A stretch of 64,000 nt of DNA from Phoronis australis (lineage: Eukaryota > Animalia > Phoronida). The stretch is taken from positions 229,006 through 293,005 of the forward strand of contig NMRA01000108.1 of NCBI GenBank assembly GCA_002633005.1. The letters run 5' to 3'. Both the position numbers and the translations under genes were made by a program. The first letter of the stretch is position 1; each line of letters opens with the position of its first letter. Below are positions 49,916 to 64,000 of this stretch, one piece after another. The notes under the pieces were generated by a model that saw nothing but the letters and a program-made list of their open reading frames with translations, was not told the DNA's origin and did no database searches.

Positions 49916-52900
49916 TAAAGGTTGTTCACGTGACCTTATTAACGGTAAATTGTTATAAAGTGGCGGCCTTTTTGGTACACGAGTAAGTTTACGCGCCTGC
50001 TCGCGAAGTATTCGCGAGATTTGCGTGGTCTTTCATGATTTTGCTTTCGTTTGGATGATGAACGTGCTCTACGGAGCGCAGCGATGATATTCACCCTGCT
50101 GACGATAGTTTGCACTATGTCCACGAAAATCTACATTTTTACAGACAATCATGTTTCGGGAACATGCAGCACGCCACTGCTAAAACGGAACTTTGCTCCG
50201 TGGACACAGAAATCGCTAGAACGCAACACGCAAAGACCAAGCATGATCTAGCGAGAAATCGCCATGCGTTAGAAGCGAAACAAGTGACGACACTAACTTT
50301 TCGCGCAAGTGTCTTGCCGCTGTATTAGACGCAGCTGTGGTTAAATGAACCTAATTAGTGAGAAAGACTCGCCAGTATATCGGTAAGAGACTGAGTGGAA
50401 CGCTCCGAAGCCATTGGTCATGAGTTTGTTTGTCGCTCACTTTCTTGAATCAAACGGTACATGTATGCGTCAACTACGTACAGTCCGTGAAATAAATTTC
50501 ACTGTGAGAAAAATGACAACAAACCCGAGCAATAGTCGTGAATACTCGTTATTCAATGAAAGGAATCACTGGATTCGTGCTACGACTGATTTTCAGTCTG
50601 ATTGTAACGATAACATTTTTAAAAAATGCGATTTTAGGCCGACAATGGCTACGAAATAACTGAATTGCTCAATCGTTTCACGTAAAGCCAAAGTACGTTC
50701 CAGGACTTTTGGAGAAAGTGATGCCCTATAGCAGATTACAATTTCGATTGGAAGTTTATACAAACATACCTTTACATTTTTTCATTACTCAAGTGAAGCC
50801 AATACAATACTCCAGAATAATTTAAAAATCTAAAACAATTTTGCCAGATGATGCTACGTCTTCAATAAAAATAACTGTATCACCTGCATATTGTGCAATT
50901 TTAATTTCGTGACGTAATTTCTGCACACAGTGCGAACAGTGGACTTGATACTGGCTCGCAATACACGGTTTACGCACCCAAAAAACGAGAATGACAGCCA
51001 GACATCGACCTGCAAACTCTGCCCTGCACTTCAGTAAGCCGAGTAGGACCCCTGAGTTCGTGAACCGTGTTTTTTTATGTGCAGGCCCAAGTTCGTGGGA
51101 CTGTCAACTGAGTTCACATGTGCGTGAGTCGTGTTATTCTGGTAGCCTGCAGTACTGGTTCCGAGACAATATTCGATATTGTTGAGTACACAATATCGTC
51201 ACCAGCAACTAACGTATCTTATCAGGAACCGTTTGACCAACAAAAGGTTTTAGTGACTGATAACGTGTCACGGTGTATTTTTGCCGAGATAGAACCTAAG
51301 GGCTCCTCGAAAACGGCAGAGAACGACTTCTGTTACGCAATGTAAGCACGGAGGCGCTGAAGGGTGTCATTGACCTTCATACCGATTGCGTGACATACGC
51401 AATATACACAAAGGCTTACGGGATTCATGATAGCGGTCATACCAAGTAGCACTGCCAGCAAACGTAGATAGATACGATTTAAGAATTAAGAATTAAAACC
51501 GATGTTTGATTTCCCGCTTCCCAGTTCCCGGAAAAGAAGAATCAGTCATGTAATTATACGCGCATCTCAGTACCGGTTTAATTTATAGAAATTGTCTCAG
51601 TAACTAACAGTTATGCTTATATTCGCAGAGAATTTTCACTGTTGCTCAAATTATTTTCAGAAATAGTTGTATAGAGCGCCAGACGAAATTTCTTACTTAA
51701 ATTCGCTTCTCATCAAATAGACCCCAATTCACTATACATGTATAGTGGTGACGCAGCCAAGTCAGTTTATATCGTAAGTTCGCGTAGATAGCAAGCCTCT
51801 GTCAAAACTATCCACCAGCTAACCGAGCAGATGTAACACTTTGATTAGATATCTAGAGAGACAAATATTTTCTTGGACGAGAACGCATCGGTTTTTTGTC
51901 ACCCGTAAAAGAACTCAATTATGAAAGCTATTCTTCGAGGGGTTTTATCACAAATGAAACGTTTACACATTGTGTAAAACGTGCTCTTTATTAATTACTG
52001 CTTGACCCTTAATATTTGTCTAAAGGCATCTTTATATGCCCACCTTGCGAATTATTTAGGTTGTCTTCAATAAATTTCAACTACGCGGCAAATCTTAATT
52101 GGCTGTTTTCACGAGGTTCTTCAACTTTTTGCTCCATTGGCAGCCTTATTGATAACCGATGTCTTTTCAGTCACAGTAATATGTGTGGCGCTTCGCATGA
52201 AAGTAAAAACTCGAAATTTCAAGTTCAGACTCGAACTTGTTGCCAGCAAAATGTAGCTTTAGTTAACGAAGGAAAGAGATGTTATCGTTCGTTTTTTTCA
52301 CGGCAGAAAACGCTTTTCCGGGATTGTTGTATTACGAAGGCTTCTTGAACGATTAGCTTTGACAAGAGCTATAAAACAACAGAATCCGTTGTGTTTTGTG
52401 GTAACATTATAATCCTCGCCGTTGAAACTAGTGTCATTAGCATTTAAATAGGACTCTATTACTAAACGCGTGGGATTGACCGCTCGGCGGCAAACCGTGC
52501 GGATTCCACGTTACTGCTACATGTAGTTTCTGAAAAATTACTTTTCTGGCCAAGAACGTCTCTCAAAGTCAGTACAACATATGCACTTAGTATTACTATT
52601 GTTATCGTGCATCCGTCAGGATATTTGTGTCCCGTTGTCTTACAAGTTACTGATCATTAGCCGGAGAAGCTAATCACCAAGCACGTAGCTCACTTCGCCC
52701 TCATGAGGTGCGTTTGGGCTAGTAAGGTAAAAGAAATTGGAAGTGTTGTAGAATATTCACCCAATGAGTTTCCCGAGACAAACGGCACACTGGTTGAAAT
52801 ATCTACTTGGCGTTTGTGCTATTTCATGTATTTGAGCTACCGGTATGTGCCTAGTTTAGCGACGTATGATGCAGCTAGATTGGCACATGGCTCGTCGTCT

Positions 52901-54040
52901 GCTCCAGGCTCAACGATTCTTTAGCGCTGTAGTGCAACAAGTATCAAGTCAATATTTACTGAATACCTCGGGCTGACACTGTGCCGTTCGAGTTTATTGT
53001 TACTCGGACAAAGGCTTCGTCGACAATATATGAGTGTCAACAGAGAAGTTCAACATAATGAGATAAAGCGCAACCAGTTTATATTTTAGGAAACCTCCGA
53101 TTGATCAGGTGAGTACACACAGATCTGTCTGTTCTACATTGGATTTTGTAAAATCTCAGGGTGAAATTTATTTAAAATGGCTATACACTTTTGACTCAGA
53201 CTACTATAACAGTTCGAAACGGTCTAAAAATTTCCTTAGTCAAATTAGATAGGATTTCTGGGCTTGGGAATTGTTGGCAATTCGTCGTCGCTTGAGACCA
53301 AACTCTACAAGTTGACTGGCTGTTACGACGGGTCGCCATGCGCCGAGCATGGTCCCAAGATATAAGGAATTTACTTTTTTTCTAAGTCGTCACCCGAGTT
53401 AGGAAGAAATTGCAGGTGGTCTGGTATGGTGTTGTACCAGACGTGCGTAGCCTGCTCAGGTGGGCCCACTGAACTGATCACCTGGAACCATTTTTAGGCT
53501 TTATTGATAGTTTTAAAAAACCGAGCCGAGGAGCTAGAGACCTGACTCAAGGGTCTCGCAATGTGCCCCAGTGGAAATCGAACCTACGACTTTGAATAAA
53601 GGAAGCAGCTAGACACCTGTCCCACTTGGCTACACTGATTCCTCCGTCACACGTGAGAAGAGCACGTTGAATTTTGTAGCAGTAAGTGATCCAACAAACT
53701 TCAGTTTCTTCAACGAAAGATCGTATAACCGCTTTAAGGTTACGCATAATCCCAGAAAAAAAATCTCCAGTTTGTTAACTTAGGACGTTCAGATACCTCA
53801 GAAGTAACCAATCATATTCAACTGAAACATTTAAATAGTACTCTGCTTTTCGCACCGTTCTTGAGAACGCTGCTATGAAATGTTTTTTCAAATCCTCCAC
53901 TTTTGCATGAGATCCTATTTGAAACAGGGCTCGGGATTTTCATGAAAACATTCAAAAGTTGCTAAAAACGAGAACGAAAGGAGATTACGAAAATATGACG
54001 GCGTTTTTGAAATTTCATTTATCGCGTTATTGACAATACT

Positions 54041-54111
54041 CATGGGCGGCGCACCATTGGGGGCTGGTAGGACTATAGCTCCCCACTTATTTCAGTACTG
54101 CGTCGCCCATG
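54041..54111. mobile_element. Tiny MITE (CATGGGCGGCGCA...TGCGTCGCCCATG)
   Basis: 13-bp imperfect TIR; paralog of 46802-46879. Confidence 0.78.
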
Positions 54112-57100
54112 CCGTTGACTGTTTTACTATGGGTATATTTTTCTTGTTTGCTTAGTTTTACTAAAAACATGATTGGTTTACAAAATCTATAGCAGACTGG
54201 AGTTAACAAAGAAACAAATTACACAGGATTTCTTCTGTCGGCAAATATATACTTTTACTTAGTTTAAATTTGTTTTGCTAAATACACAGACTCTACAATA
54301 AGGTTTCATAATGCCGAGAGGACAACTTTCGTACCCCGTCTGTTTGCGTGTCTTAATCAAAATACCGGAGTGGTAGAATGAGCAATACGCCCACCGAAAA
54401 TGAAGCTGATTTGAGGTAGCGAGATTAAAATGTGATGACAAACAGGATTTGTGGTTTATTTTTGACTTTTAGAGTCCCAATTATCCCGAGATGACCTGGT
54501 TTTCGTGGTGAATAATGTTACAGTTGACAATAACAACATTGCGCAATACTGAAGTCCCCAAACCTAGTGCTCCCGGGAAGTATTGTACAACTCATCTTAG
54601 TTCCGCTTAGTTTGTTTCGATTCCCACTATACCACGTGACTTTCAGCCGATGCTCTCGCGTCTATTTTACAAAACCCATTGATGGAAAATGTATTCGCTA
54701 TTTTACTTAAATGTGCATCAAACCATGTTTTGGTTTCACGCAGAACTTATTGACATCTCATTTCTTTCGTAATTCAACACTAGCTTGTATTACACTTACT
54801 GATATCCGGTCAGATTATCTCTACTGTCTCGTAACCGGCGCATGCGCTTCCTGTGTTTTCCGACGAAAAAGCATGATATTATCTTGCAATATCAAGGGGT
54901 TACTTCAGCTTTTGGCCACTTCTTCATCTTTTTTCTCTTCTTCATTTTCTGGTAAAGTGTCTATTTTTTGTGCGGTCTCACAAAAGGAAACCGAAAACAT
55001 GATTTATCTGAAACGCTTCCTCGTTGCGTCAAAAACTGCCATTCAACGTGGCCATTCCGTCACCACAAGAAATCGCTCACTCAAGTGTTTCACGTTTGCC
55101 GTTTGAGGTACTTTCAGTCATTGAGTAATATCTTTTTGACTTAATTCGTGTTTTTCATTTTCACAAAGGTTATAATAAATTTCAAGTAGGTAAGAGTAAG
55201 TTCGACCCGGTGGGACTATTTGCACACGGGAGTAAATATCTTTGGGGGAATATAACTCCGTGGAAATAAGTTCAGCCTTGGCGAAAACTGCCCTCATTAT
55301 TTCCATCTATTAAGATGAAATTAAGTGGCGTCTCAGTGCTTCATGATCACTGCATTCTAAAACAGGAGTTTTCATAATGTGTCAGACGCAAATGTTCAGA
55401 CCCTCCCGACATTATATAGCGATGCATACGAAATCTGAATCACTGTGGTGGCCTTAGGGTACGACAATCAAATGCATGTTAAAGACATGAATTTCAACAA
55501 TTTTGTAAAAGAGATACGGTTTATAATATTGTGACCAGAAGTGGAAAAATGAACAAATGTTACAAAAACCATGTATAACCAAACCGCAGTAGATTGTGAA
55601 TCAATCAGACTTGAGATTGTATTTTATATCTTTAAAATACATGCATCTACAAATGTTATTTTTTACCATTCATCGTTTGATATGTCAGGCATTGTGTATC
55701 GCCTTAATGATTTTCACAATAAAACCTCAGCCAGGGGCTGCAATATGACGACAAGGGATTTGAATGGCGTGCTTTGGAATTTACATTGGCAGCAAAACTG
55801 GGTTACATGCAAGACGCCTTTCTTGTTGAAATTTCATAATTTTTACAAAATAACTGTTCATATCGACTTTCTGCTCGTTTGAAATTGTCCTCAAGCTGTT
55901 TCTTGTTCGAATTAGAAAAAATTCTTTTGACTTGGGAAGAAGTCCCGACTTAATACCGTGCTCAGTTATTTGGCTTGAGCCGGCGGGTAGAATATTAAGA
56001 CCAACTTTATAACAGAGAGCGGCCTAAACCACTAAAGTAAATTTTCGAAAGACATCAACACCGCGCACTTACCGTTGTGCACGCGCAAATTACCCAGAGA
56101 CCCCAACAACTTCTTAGCAACCCTAAACAGTTTGTTGGTGGTATATTGTGTGAAGTTACCAATTAGTTTGTAAGATAACCTCAACAACGTGTGCCCTGGT
56201 TCTCTCATCTACAACGCAAGCCAACACCACCACAGAATATTACGTCAACAGGCAACATTGTGCACTACTGTTATCCTCCCCAAAGCAAAGTTCAGTACGC
56301 TTTTGTGTTGGTAGCAAAGTAGAGACGAAGAACTAAACTAGACCAACTAACTTACGATGATCTGGCTTCAAGCCTGTCAGTTGTGCAAAACGTTTTGACA
56401 GCGCCTGTTCCTACGTGAAAAATCCACGTTAGACCAACGCAAATAGCATAGTACAGGTCTTTGAAATTGATGCAGTGGTGGGGTTCTTTAGGTTGTCTAT
56501 ATTGTTAAAACGAAAAAGACACCTGATGCCAATTGAAATGGATTCGTGTCCTTATTTTGTACCTAGCGTCACCTGATGCCAGTTGAAGTTGGTCCGTATC
56601 GTTCTTTTTTCTTTTAAGAGTTAGGCGCTGAATTCATAATGAATCGGGCGCAGACCTGAAGCTATGACACTATTGTTTGACCTTGCCCAAGAATCTCTTG
56701 TTTAAATTAAAAATGTCTAATTTCCGGATTATGATGGTAATAGGACGGTGACATAGGCACTTTGTAATATCGACAATTCGTTACCCCGTGAAAATGTTTT
56801 AAAGAGTGATATGTAGTTACCCTGTACCCAGATTACAGCAGAGGTAAGTGAGCAAAATTAGCATTCAAAATTACCTCTTTTTATTATTATTCAAGCCAGA
56901 GTTTTCTCAAAGAAAGCAGGCGTTGCCTTAGACCACGTAACACTATAAAACAGATATCAACGTTTTCCTCAGATGAGAATTAGTTTCTCCAGGCTTGGAA
57001 ATCTAAAAATTCGTTATTGCTTGAGACGTTTTAAAATAACTAGCCGAGACAAGCCGACTTGTAGAGCCCTGCCGTAAACAACAGTGAACTACACATATCA

Positions 57101-58077
57101 CTCCTTTCTAGTCCAGAAATCACATTTAACTTGACAAAAGAACAATTTGAAAAGAATTCCGTGGCAGTAAGTATTCTAAACCAGTTCTTTGTGAGGGAAG
57201 GGTGATTTATCGTTGCATCTAATTTTTTTTTTTTTTTGAAAGGAGGATATCCTGTGTAAAACTTTGCTTTCCACGCGTGCCTTCATCAGAAACACAAATA
57301 CAAATTGAAGTCAATAAATTTGTATAAAAACGGGAAACGGGCAATGCGCATGCACACATGCGCCATTTCCGAATTCGCAACTTTAAACTTGGCTAACAAT
57401 AAACTCTAATGCGTGTCCTCAGTCGCTGATGGTTTCGATGTTCCTGTTGGTAAAGGAAACAAAATCCTGTCACGATAAGGAATTTTATGAGACCAATTTT
57501 ATGAGAGTAAAGGCCCAATTTGATTTTCATTTTTATCCGGCTAAACAGGACAAAATAGAATTTTACTAAAATGCAAGTTTTCAGCTCACCCGTTGTCACC
57601 GTTTCAACGAAGAATCGGAATAAAAACACGCATTATGGCTGAAGTGGGTCCCACTTGTTAACAGACTAGGAGCAGGGTTTTCATACCTCATCAGCTTTAT
57701 GATAGAAATGTCAATTTTTTTCAGTACAAAATCTTCCTTAGAGGTCTATATAGAGTATTGGTAATCCAGCATGACCCCGAGACAATCACTGGACGAACTA
57801 ATATCTAAACCGTCTCCAATTAAACAGTCTCGTCTTTGCTTAGAATCTGAACAAGTTTTCCAGTCGTAGACAAACTTGACTATTCCCGGCAAATATTCCT
57901 CCACGAGCTGTTTGGTGAATGACAGACATAAGCCAAGTGCATTTGTTGCTAAAAGCTTTCCAGTCCCTTTCACTTTTTGCTTGCAAGGCAATCTGATGAG
58001 CTGTCCTTACTGTTCCCTAAAGAGAGGTTAACTCCTGTGCACCCAAATCTTGAGATTTCGGTGCACTGGCATCATCA

Positions 58078-58824
58078 ATGGCAGCAAAAGAAACAATAAC
58101 ACTGTTATCAACGAATCATACTATTTTTATTCTAGCCTCCATGCATACGGACAAAATGGCAACAACCGTCACTAGCACCGGACACAAAGCGCTTATAAAA
58201 CAAGTGATCACTGAAGACGAGGAGCAACCTAGTGTAAACTCACCAATTAACCTTCAACAGTTAAATGTCGTCAATGAACCAACCGATTCGCTTCATGCCA
58301 AGAAGTTGAAAAGACACTCGAGTCTAGCTGCTTTCAGCGAAATGACGCGAAAGCCAAGCCTGTTAAGCTTTGGAAAACGTTTTTCACAGGCTTCGTTTTT
58401 CTCCCAAAATAGCCACCGCCTGAGTTGTGGAGGCAGTGACAGGATAGAGTCAATGTCGAAAGTAAAGATAAGAAATACGTACAGGATGGAACCGGAAGAC
58501 GCCGAAATCTTCAATTCGTCGAAAGCTGAGAAAGTTATTCAACAAATTTTGGAAAAGCAGTTGCGGGACGTTAAGTACGACTCATTCACGTGTAGCAGTC
58601 TGTCGACTCTACTTTCAGATATTATCAAGGGGAAAGTGAAACTGATCACAAGCAAGCGATATAAAGTCATATGTACTGTGATTATTGGACAAAATGTCGG
58701 CCAGTCGTGTCAAGCAGCCAGCCGATGTATGTGGAGTGTCGCCACTGACAGATTTGCGTCCGCTTCTTATTTAAACGCTTCGCTATTTGCCGTCGCAAAT
58801 GTGTATGCCGTTTATTTTGAGTAG
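58078..58824 (+). CDS. Tctex1 domain-containing dynein light chain (TCTEX1D1/DYNLT5-like), single coding exon; true start probably ATG 58141 or 58156
   Basis: NTYRMEP...F...KVIQQILEKQL..VKYD...RYKVICTVIIGQ..GQ....ASRCMW..ATD.FAS....N.SLFAVANVYAVYFE. A splice acceptor tatttttattctag ends at 58135. Confidence 0.93.
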   Translation: MAAKETITLLSTNHTIFILASMHTDKMATTVTSTGHKALIKQVITEDEEQPSVNSPINLQQLNVVNEPTDSLHAKKLKRHSSLAAFSEMTRKPSLLSFGKRFSQASFFSQNSHRLSCGGSDRIESMSKVKIRNTYRMEPEDAEIFNSSKAEKVIQQILEKQLRDVKYDSFTCSSLSTLLSDIIKGKVKLITSKRYKVICTVIIGQNVGQSCQAASRCMWSVATDRFASASYLNASLFAVANVYAVYFE

Positions 58825-59542
58825 AGTGAAATCAAGAAGCGACACCTTTGGGATTATAACTTTCTGTAGAAGAGTAGACTACTCGTCTTCTTCGTAGCCT
58901 TGTAGTCTTGAAGGTCTGTTGGGAGCCGTGACATGCCTCTGAGAGTTGAAACTTTCAAGCGTGATTATGCAATCCCAAAAATGAAAATTACGACCCATGT
59001 TTTTACAAAAGCTTCAAATAATGCCCCTACTTTAAAGGGTTAGACCCGGACTTTCCGAGATTTTTAAACGAAAACGATCATACAACTTGTAATGGGACAA
59101 AAATACATCTCACAAACTTTCCACTCTTATCGTCACCGCATAGACTCGGAAAGCGGTGACGTCACGCTTATAGCAACGCCCGCCATCTTGGATACAAACA
59201 GCTGCTTATATACGTACAGCCATCAACGCGCTCTTGCTAAATATCATTTTTTTCACGCTTTGTGGCCATAATAGCGAACAAATTATTGTCATCAGACACA
59301 GGCTCAGCTAAAAACATAACAGTGTCGTTTCATTGAACACGTGTCGCTCTTAGACAAACACAGGGTCTTTAGATAAGTCCAAAGGGAAAAAAGCCGGATT
59401 TTAGCGAACGCTGCTGCAGCCGCCACTAATACACATCGTCACTCTGAATATGACGTCAGTTGGCACGAGTCTTAGGTTTTTTATTATGAAGCGCCAAGGG
59501 GCTCTTAAACGAGTACCTTACTGTGCGTTGAAATGTGCTTAA

Positions 59543-62500
59543 TAGTCGGTGGGCCAAAATTTGTAGGGCCTCTAGAAAATGGTTTTTGTGAGTACTTTAG
59601 GGGGGCAATTTTATTTTGGTGTTTTTTAATTCATTTATTAGAGTGTTTTCAAAATCTAAAAATTACCTAATAATCACCAAAGAGCTTAGTAAACTTATAT
59701 TTGTAAAACAACAGTTTTGGTGAATTTTTTGTAAAACAAGTAATATGGTCCCATCAGTGCCATTCCATTGAACAATATTACACTCACATTACATGTTTTA
59801 CTATTGTAGATTAATTGTAAACAGTGAAATTTAAAAAATGTAAAGAGACACCTAGTGGCAAAAATGCAAACTAAGTCTGAATGTTACTAGGAAGTTATTC
59901 TGGCATTGTCTGGCAACAAAAATAACACAAAACACTTGAGACTGGGCAGAGTTTGTGCCTCAATGACTAAAACATAGACTAATGGTGTAAAATACAGCTT
60001 GTCTGCATAATACACCAGAAATACTTTATAGTACAAAAAATAATATAGTTGAATGATCTCTGTGAATGTGCACACAGACTGTATGAAAATAATAGATTAT
60101 TCTGACAGCGTTTATCAAGCAGTTTGAGACAAATACATGACAAGGATCAAAGTATGTACTTTCTATTACTTAATCATCAACAAATAAAATTAACTTTTTA
60201 ATCCAAAAAAAACGAAATAACGGGGTTGGAGGTCTATTTAGGGTTGACTTGTCAAAGAACTATCCAATGTTATGCAGTCAGTGTTGCTGATGTTACTACA
60301 GTTGTCACAGCTGCACATTTCTGTACAGTTTGATCCAGCATTGCAGCACAAACTCAGTTTCCCAGCACACATGTTCTTTTTGCACTTGCAGCGTTCATCG
60401 TTTAGTACTGTCAATGGAGATGCGGACATTGCCATACATTTTAAGTGCAAAGCTCCACCGCCAAGGAGCCAACTATGGTTGATTAGAGAGGGTGCAGCAC
60501 CACACACTGGTGATTCGCAGGCAATCAACAGTCAAACACTAAGTCCTTGTTTGGAGGCGGGCAGGATTTGAATAAACGTTTGATTCAAAATATGTTATAA
60601 TGGGCTGTGTTAATTAGAGTCAGCAAGTGAAATATTGAACACTAGCATCAATTCACTTTCGTGTCTCTTAGTCGGGCACAAACTACAACAGTGAGTAGCT
60701 TCAACAATATTTCTTAAGATTGCCTGTCCAAATAACTTCATGCACACCAGCTTTCTGAAGAACAGCTTCAAAATCTTGCTTTAGTTTTGAAAGGCAAATG
60801 ACATCCCCATGTGTTAGAAGCTTCGATTCAATGAACTCCAAACAAGACTGTATAAAAACATCTCTGAAAACTGTGGATTCGTCACTCTTCACAATCCTTG
60901 TCTTTCTATTTTTTATTGCATGATGATCTGTGGTACTTGGCTTCTAAGACACAAGGTCTTTATCTTTGAATTTCATTTGCATATTCAGGGCTCTGGACTG
61001 AGCTGTCGCTTGCGATACAAGTCCAACTGAAAAAAACCCGAACTGTTAACACTAATTTAACATACAACTATGAGTGAGTTGGCATGTAACTTTTTCAGAC
61101 GGACTTATCAGGAACTGATCCACCACCAGCCTAAGAAATTTACATGCCGTCTGATCTGTCGCCTAAAAATGTTGATCGTCTAATAATTAGATTAGTTGAT
61201 GCAACTGAAAATAAATCAGCTGATGTACCAGAGCAGTGATTGAAATTTAATTTTTTTAAATCAGATGCTCAAACCATAGTCAATCGATTTATACTTAAGG
61301 TAATCGACATTTCACGAAATGGAAAGTGGCTTCCATCGTCCTCAAATTACGACGACGATGGCCACTTAGGCACTCTAATTTAATTATCACTGCAGCTACC
61401 TAAGTAATTAATGTTTACAAAAAATTGAGAAGAGGTTCCCCCTATCCCAGGACTATATGACGGCAGGGAATGACGACCATTTGGGCATGTTGTTTGCAAC
61501 CATCTACTCCATTTAACCATCTCAAAAACTTTTGACTTAAAGTGCTCTAAAATCACACCCACAGTATAACGCCATATGATTATCCCTTAACGCAAGCAGT
61601 GACAATGTGGCAACTGAACAATGGAGTACGTGTTCGAAAAACAGGATTGCTGGAGTATTTGTTTAAACTGAGAACAAATGAAAACATTAACCAACTTCTC
61701 AGAGGCATCCCTCTACGCGGTACTTCTAAACTTATAGGAACATAATTTGCTGAAAAGCATCCGGCATATGGAGTACCTATGGTATGATCACCGTCTCTAC
61801 TGGGTCAGCCGTATTGTCTAATGCCTAGGCAGCCAAGGGGCTGAACAAGTTAAAAAAAAACAACTGGTGACAATACTGAAACACACATGGAAAACACCAA
61901 GATGTACCTTTCAAAAACACGTACCTGTTTTTCAAAGCTATACTTCTTTCTCTTTCTTGAAATATGGTCCATAATATACTTTTCCTGCTAATAAATGATG
62001 CACTCATGTTTCAGAATGTTCCAATCTTATTCTGGTTAATTGGGTATTTCAGATTTTGGAAGTATAATTGATTTTCTTGGGAAATCTTGGATAACATCTG
62101 TATCACTTTCAGCAACTTCAGCTTTAGTACTTCTGTTGGTGCCTTGAAACGTTGCTATGCCGTTCTATGTCCTTTCAATTTTTTGGTCTAACACTTGGTC
62201 TTCTAGTCTACAGCACTCAGCAGTATACTGTGTAGGACATGCAGCTGTTTTCACAACAAACGTTTGTGACACCTCTTCTTCTTTTTGATATACTGATCTA
62301 AAGAGTTCCACAGTCCATCAGCTTTCGTCAGGAAGCTTTCCTAAGCTTCTTTAGGCTCTGCCATCACAATTTTGTGCTGTTTGATAAACCTTGAATTACA
62401 CGAGCATCACACTCTATGGGAGCAGCCATATTGAAGTAACTAAGCACAACAATACAATCTGGCTCTCTGATTGGTCAATTCAGTAGAAAAGCACCTCCAA

Positions 62501-62667
62501 GTGGCAGGAATGTGCATAATATTTTGTGCAACAAAAACACCTTTTTTAAAAAAAATGTGCAAGTGTAGACGTGGGAACTTTTTGGAATTTGATTTATAGG
62601 TATATNCCCCCCCCCCCCCCCAAAGTACTCACAAGGATGAACGCGATGAGATCTGGCCCACCGACTA
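59543..62667 (-). mobile_element. Decayed Academ-like DNA transposon with TIRs and a 3-bp TSD
   Basis: Ends TAGTCGGTGGGCCA / TGGCCCACCGACTA, an inner inverted block TTGTGAGTACTTT(A)GGGGGG / CCCCCCAAAGTACTCACAA, and TAA on both sides. The minus remnant 60238-60528 encodes CKCKK..C....CC..G..CTEMCSCDNCSN (CXC tail). Confidence 0.82.
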
Positions 62668-64000
62668 TAATCTACGCGTACTTTTGGTTAACCCACACAT
62701 ACTTTTGCTTGATCAACGCGGAAACTGTAGACTAGATTCATAAGATTAGAAACTTTCAGATACTATGCTTTGTGTACTTCTCTCCAAAATGTTGTTAAAA
62801 GTTAATTTCAAAATTCTCCACTTTTGCAAAAGGGGCTATCAAAGTATGGCATTTTTATGATGTCCGTGGAAAAAAAATAGAATTGCATAACGCAAAAATA
62901 AATGATCTGTTAGAAAACTGTAACAACATTTTGACATCACACTTTGAAATCCGTATGAAATAAAATTTGGTGATTGTATTGTCACGTGTCCCAAGTATTT
63001 ATAGATGGGTACGAAATCAAAAGTAAATTTTACAGGTCTTCAGCTTCTTTGAAGAATGGATTATAGTCTACTGCGCTATAGAAATTTGGCAAAATACGCA
63101 CACTTTTATATCAAAAACACGAAAAAAACAATCCCACCAGTCCATCAACTTTCAAAACTGAACTCTAGCAAACACTATGTGACGATGTGTTATTAAGCTG
63201 AATTCGAGTTACGAGGAGGCCCGTAGGAAGGCAAAAATTATATTGGCGGGCACAAACCAATTCGCCTAAACCAAACTACTCCTGCCCCACCCCCTCCAAC
63301 CACTCCCTCTTCCCCCGTTCTCCAGATGTCGCGACATTTGAACCGACCCCCTCTTCCATGTCCGCCATAGGAGGGGACGTGCAATCCCAACGAAGAAACC
63401 GTCAGGATTTGAGTAACCGTGAACCAACAAGGTCTAGCAGAGTTTTAAAGAATGAGCCTAGGGTCAGCGCAGTGACGGATAGCTGGAGCTACCTCTACTA
63501 TAGCTGAGATCTAACAGTGTGAAAATACGAAATTCGATGAACTACAGCTAGTCGCTGGTCAGCTCAGCTATAATTCACTTGAAACAGGCAGTTTAGCTCG
63601 TACATTTTACCTATCCGTCTGCGCTGGCTCTAAGGTCAAGATTCGTTTTATTATGATCCAGTTTCGGGGAAAGTTCATTTTGTTATGGTCATTCGTTGAA
63701 GGATTTTTTTGAAAAGGTGAGGTCCGAGGTGTAGTGCCTTTGGGGCTGTTTCAAAACTCCTTGTTGAAACACGGCCGGTAGTCCAGTTTCTAGTGGCGGG
63801 GGAAAATGATGCAGAGTGTGTCCCAAAAATATACACACTTCAACACATGGAGTTCAAATTCAGTTAACAGGATCACTAAAAATCTGCGCGGGCCTACTGC
63901 ATGGTTGCACTTTATTTTTAACGTGGGTGCGTCAGTCATGACGTGCTATGTCTATGTAGTATGCTCGGGAATCGCAGGAAAACGATTCAGCTCTGAAGAA

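Overview
This is repeat-rich, AT-rich animal (invertebrate-like) genomic DNA with one assembly gap (8685-9494). Two host genes are well supported: a three-coding-exon microsomal glutathione S-transferase (MGST1-like, 46565-48481, +) whose first intron is GC-AG, and a Tctex1-domain dynein light chain with a single coding exon (58078-58824, +). Most of the rest is transposon-derived: a young 5'-truncated LINE with an open RT frame and a 10-bp TSD, older CR1/L2 and Penelope fragments, a THAP pseudogene, a spliced P2X7-C-terminal-like (KolobokP-type) remnant, an Academ-like element with TIRs and a 3-bp TSD, many MITEs and a dimeric ~140-bp satellite. The most interesting signals are missing from the ORF track. 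(1) Two paralogous minus-strand exons (1805-1915, 25858-25976) encode CSalpha-beta defensin-like peptides inside a duplicated 0.8-0.9 kb block; the non-coding flanks are conserved, while the mature peptides differ almost everywhere except at identical cysteine codons. (2) A modular repeat consists of a ~165-bp hairpin joined to a TTTATACCACA-bounded arm carrying a tRNA-like Pol III cassette; it occurs as a head-to-tail tandem and as dispersed variants. All family assignments come from motif recognition by eye, not database searches.
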